Below, piece after piece: positions 63,816 to 64,000 of a DNA stretch of 64,000 bases. The notes under the pieces were generated by a model. It was not told where the DNA came from, searched no databases, and saw only the letters and a list, made by a program, of their open reading frames with translations. Location: NCBI GenBank assembly GCA_002269645.1, contig NIVC01001955.1:68123-132122 (forward strand). The letters are read 5' to 3'. Position 1 is the first letter of the stretch, and each line of letters opens with the position of its first letter. Made by a program: the position numbers and the translations under genes. The stretch comes from Macrostomum lignano. Its lineage: Eukaryota.

Positions 63816-64000
63816 TAATCAGCGAGAGAGAGACTAATCAGCTAAACCTTGAGATTGGCGGGCGACCGTTCGTTGGAAATGCCAACAGGCAAGTCAAGCA
63901 ACCCCCCCCCCCCGAGTGAAAATCAAGCGCTAACTTCCTACCGCCAACGTTGAGGAAAATTTCTGCGCTGAGCCGCAGCTTTCCGCTCCATCTCCGGCAG

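Overview
Animal genomic DNA with GC-rich exons and introns packed with tandem repeats. The style suggests a free-living flatworm such as Macrostomum, which is an inference and not proven. I rebuilt nine spliced or intronless gene models by hand from GT-AG sites and reading-frame continuity; family calls rest on remembered motifs, and no database search was run. The models are: (1) 3' part of a cytoplasmic intermediate-filament gene with lamin-tail domain (+, 1-4727); (2) an 11-exon, ~1002-aa signal peptide/5xCUB/LDLa/TM protein of SOL-1/LEV-10/Neto type ending in a PDZ-binding motif (+, 10340-35972); (3) an intronless PAN-like plus C-type lectin (+); (4) tektin-4 (-); (5) a riboflavin kinase with several bacterial RibF-like motifs (+); (6) an intronless, divergent SmE (-); (7, 8) two head-to-head ependymin-related genes on apparently identical 1391-bp inverted arms whose identity starts at the ATG; (9) YDJC with six single-base deletions that look like sequencing errors (-). 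Mobile DNA comprises two tRNA-headed SINEs, a non-autonomous Helitron-like element and a decayed RTE LINE with a nested palindrome. About 30 unrelated mini- and microsatellite arrays account for most long ORFs in the track. There is no CRISPR array or prokaryotic system. The most interesting signals are the ependymin palindrome with a novel basic tail, the RibF-like kinase, the divergent SmE, the CUB/LDLa receptor and a minisatellite homologous to a SINE segment.
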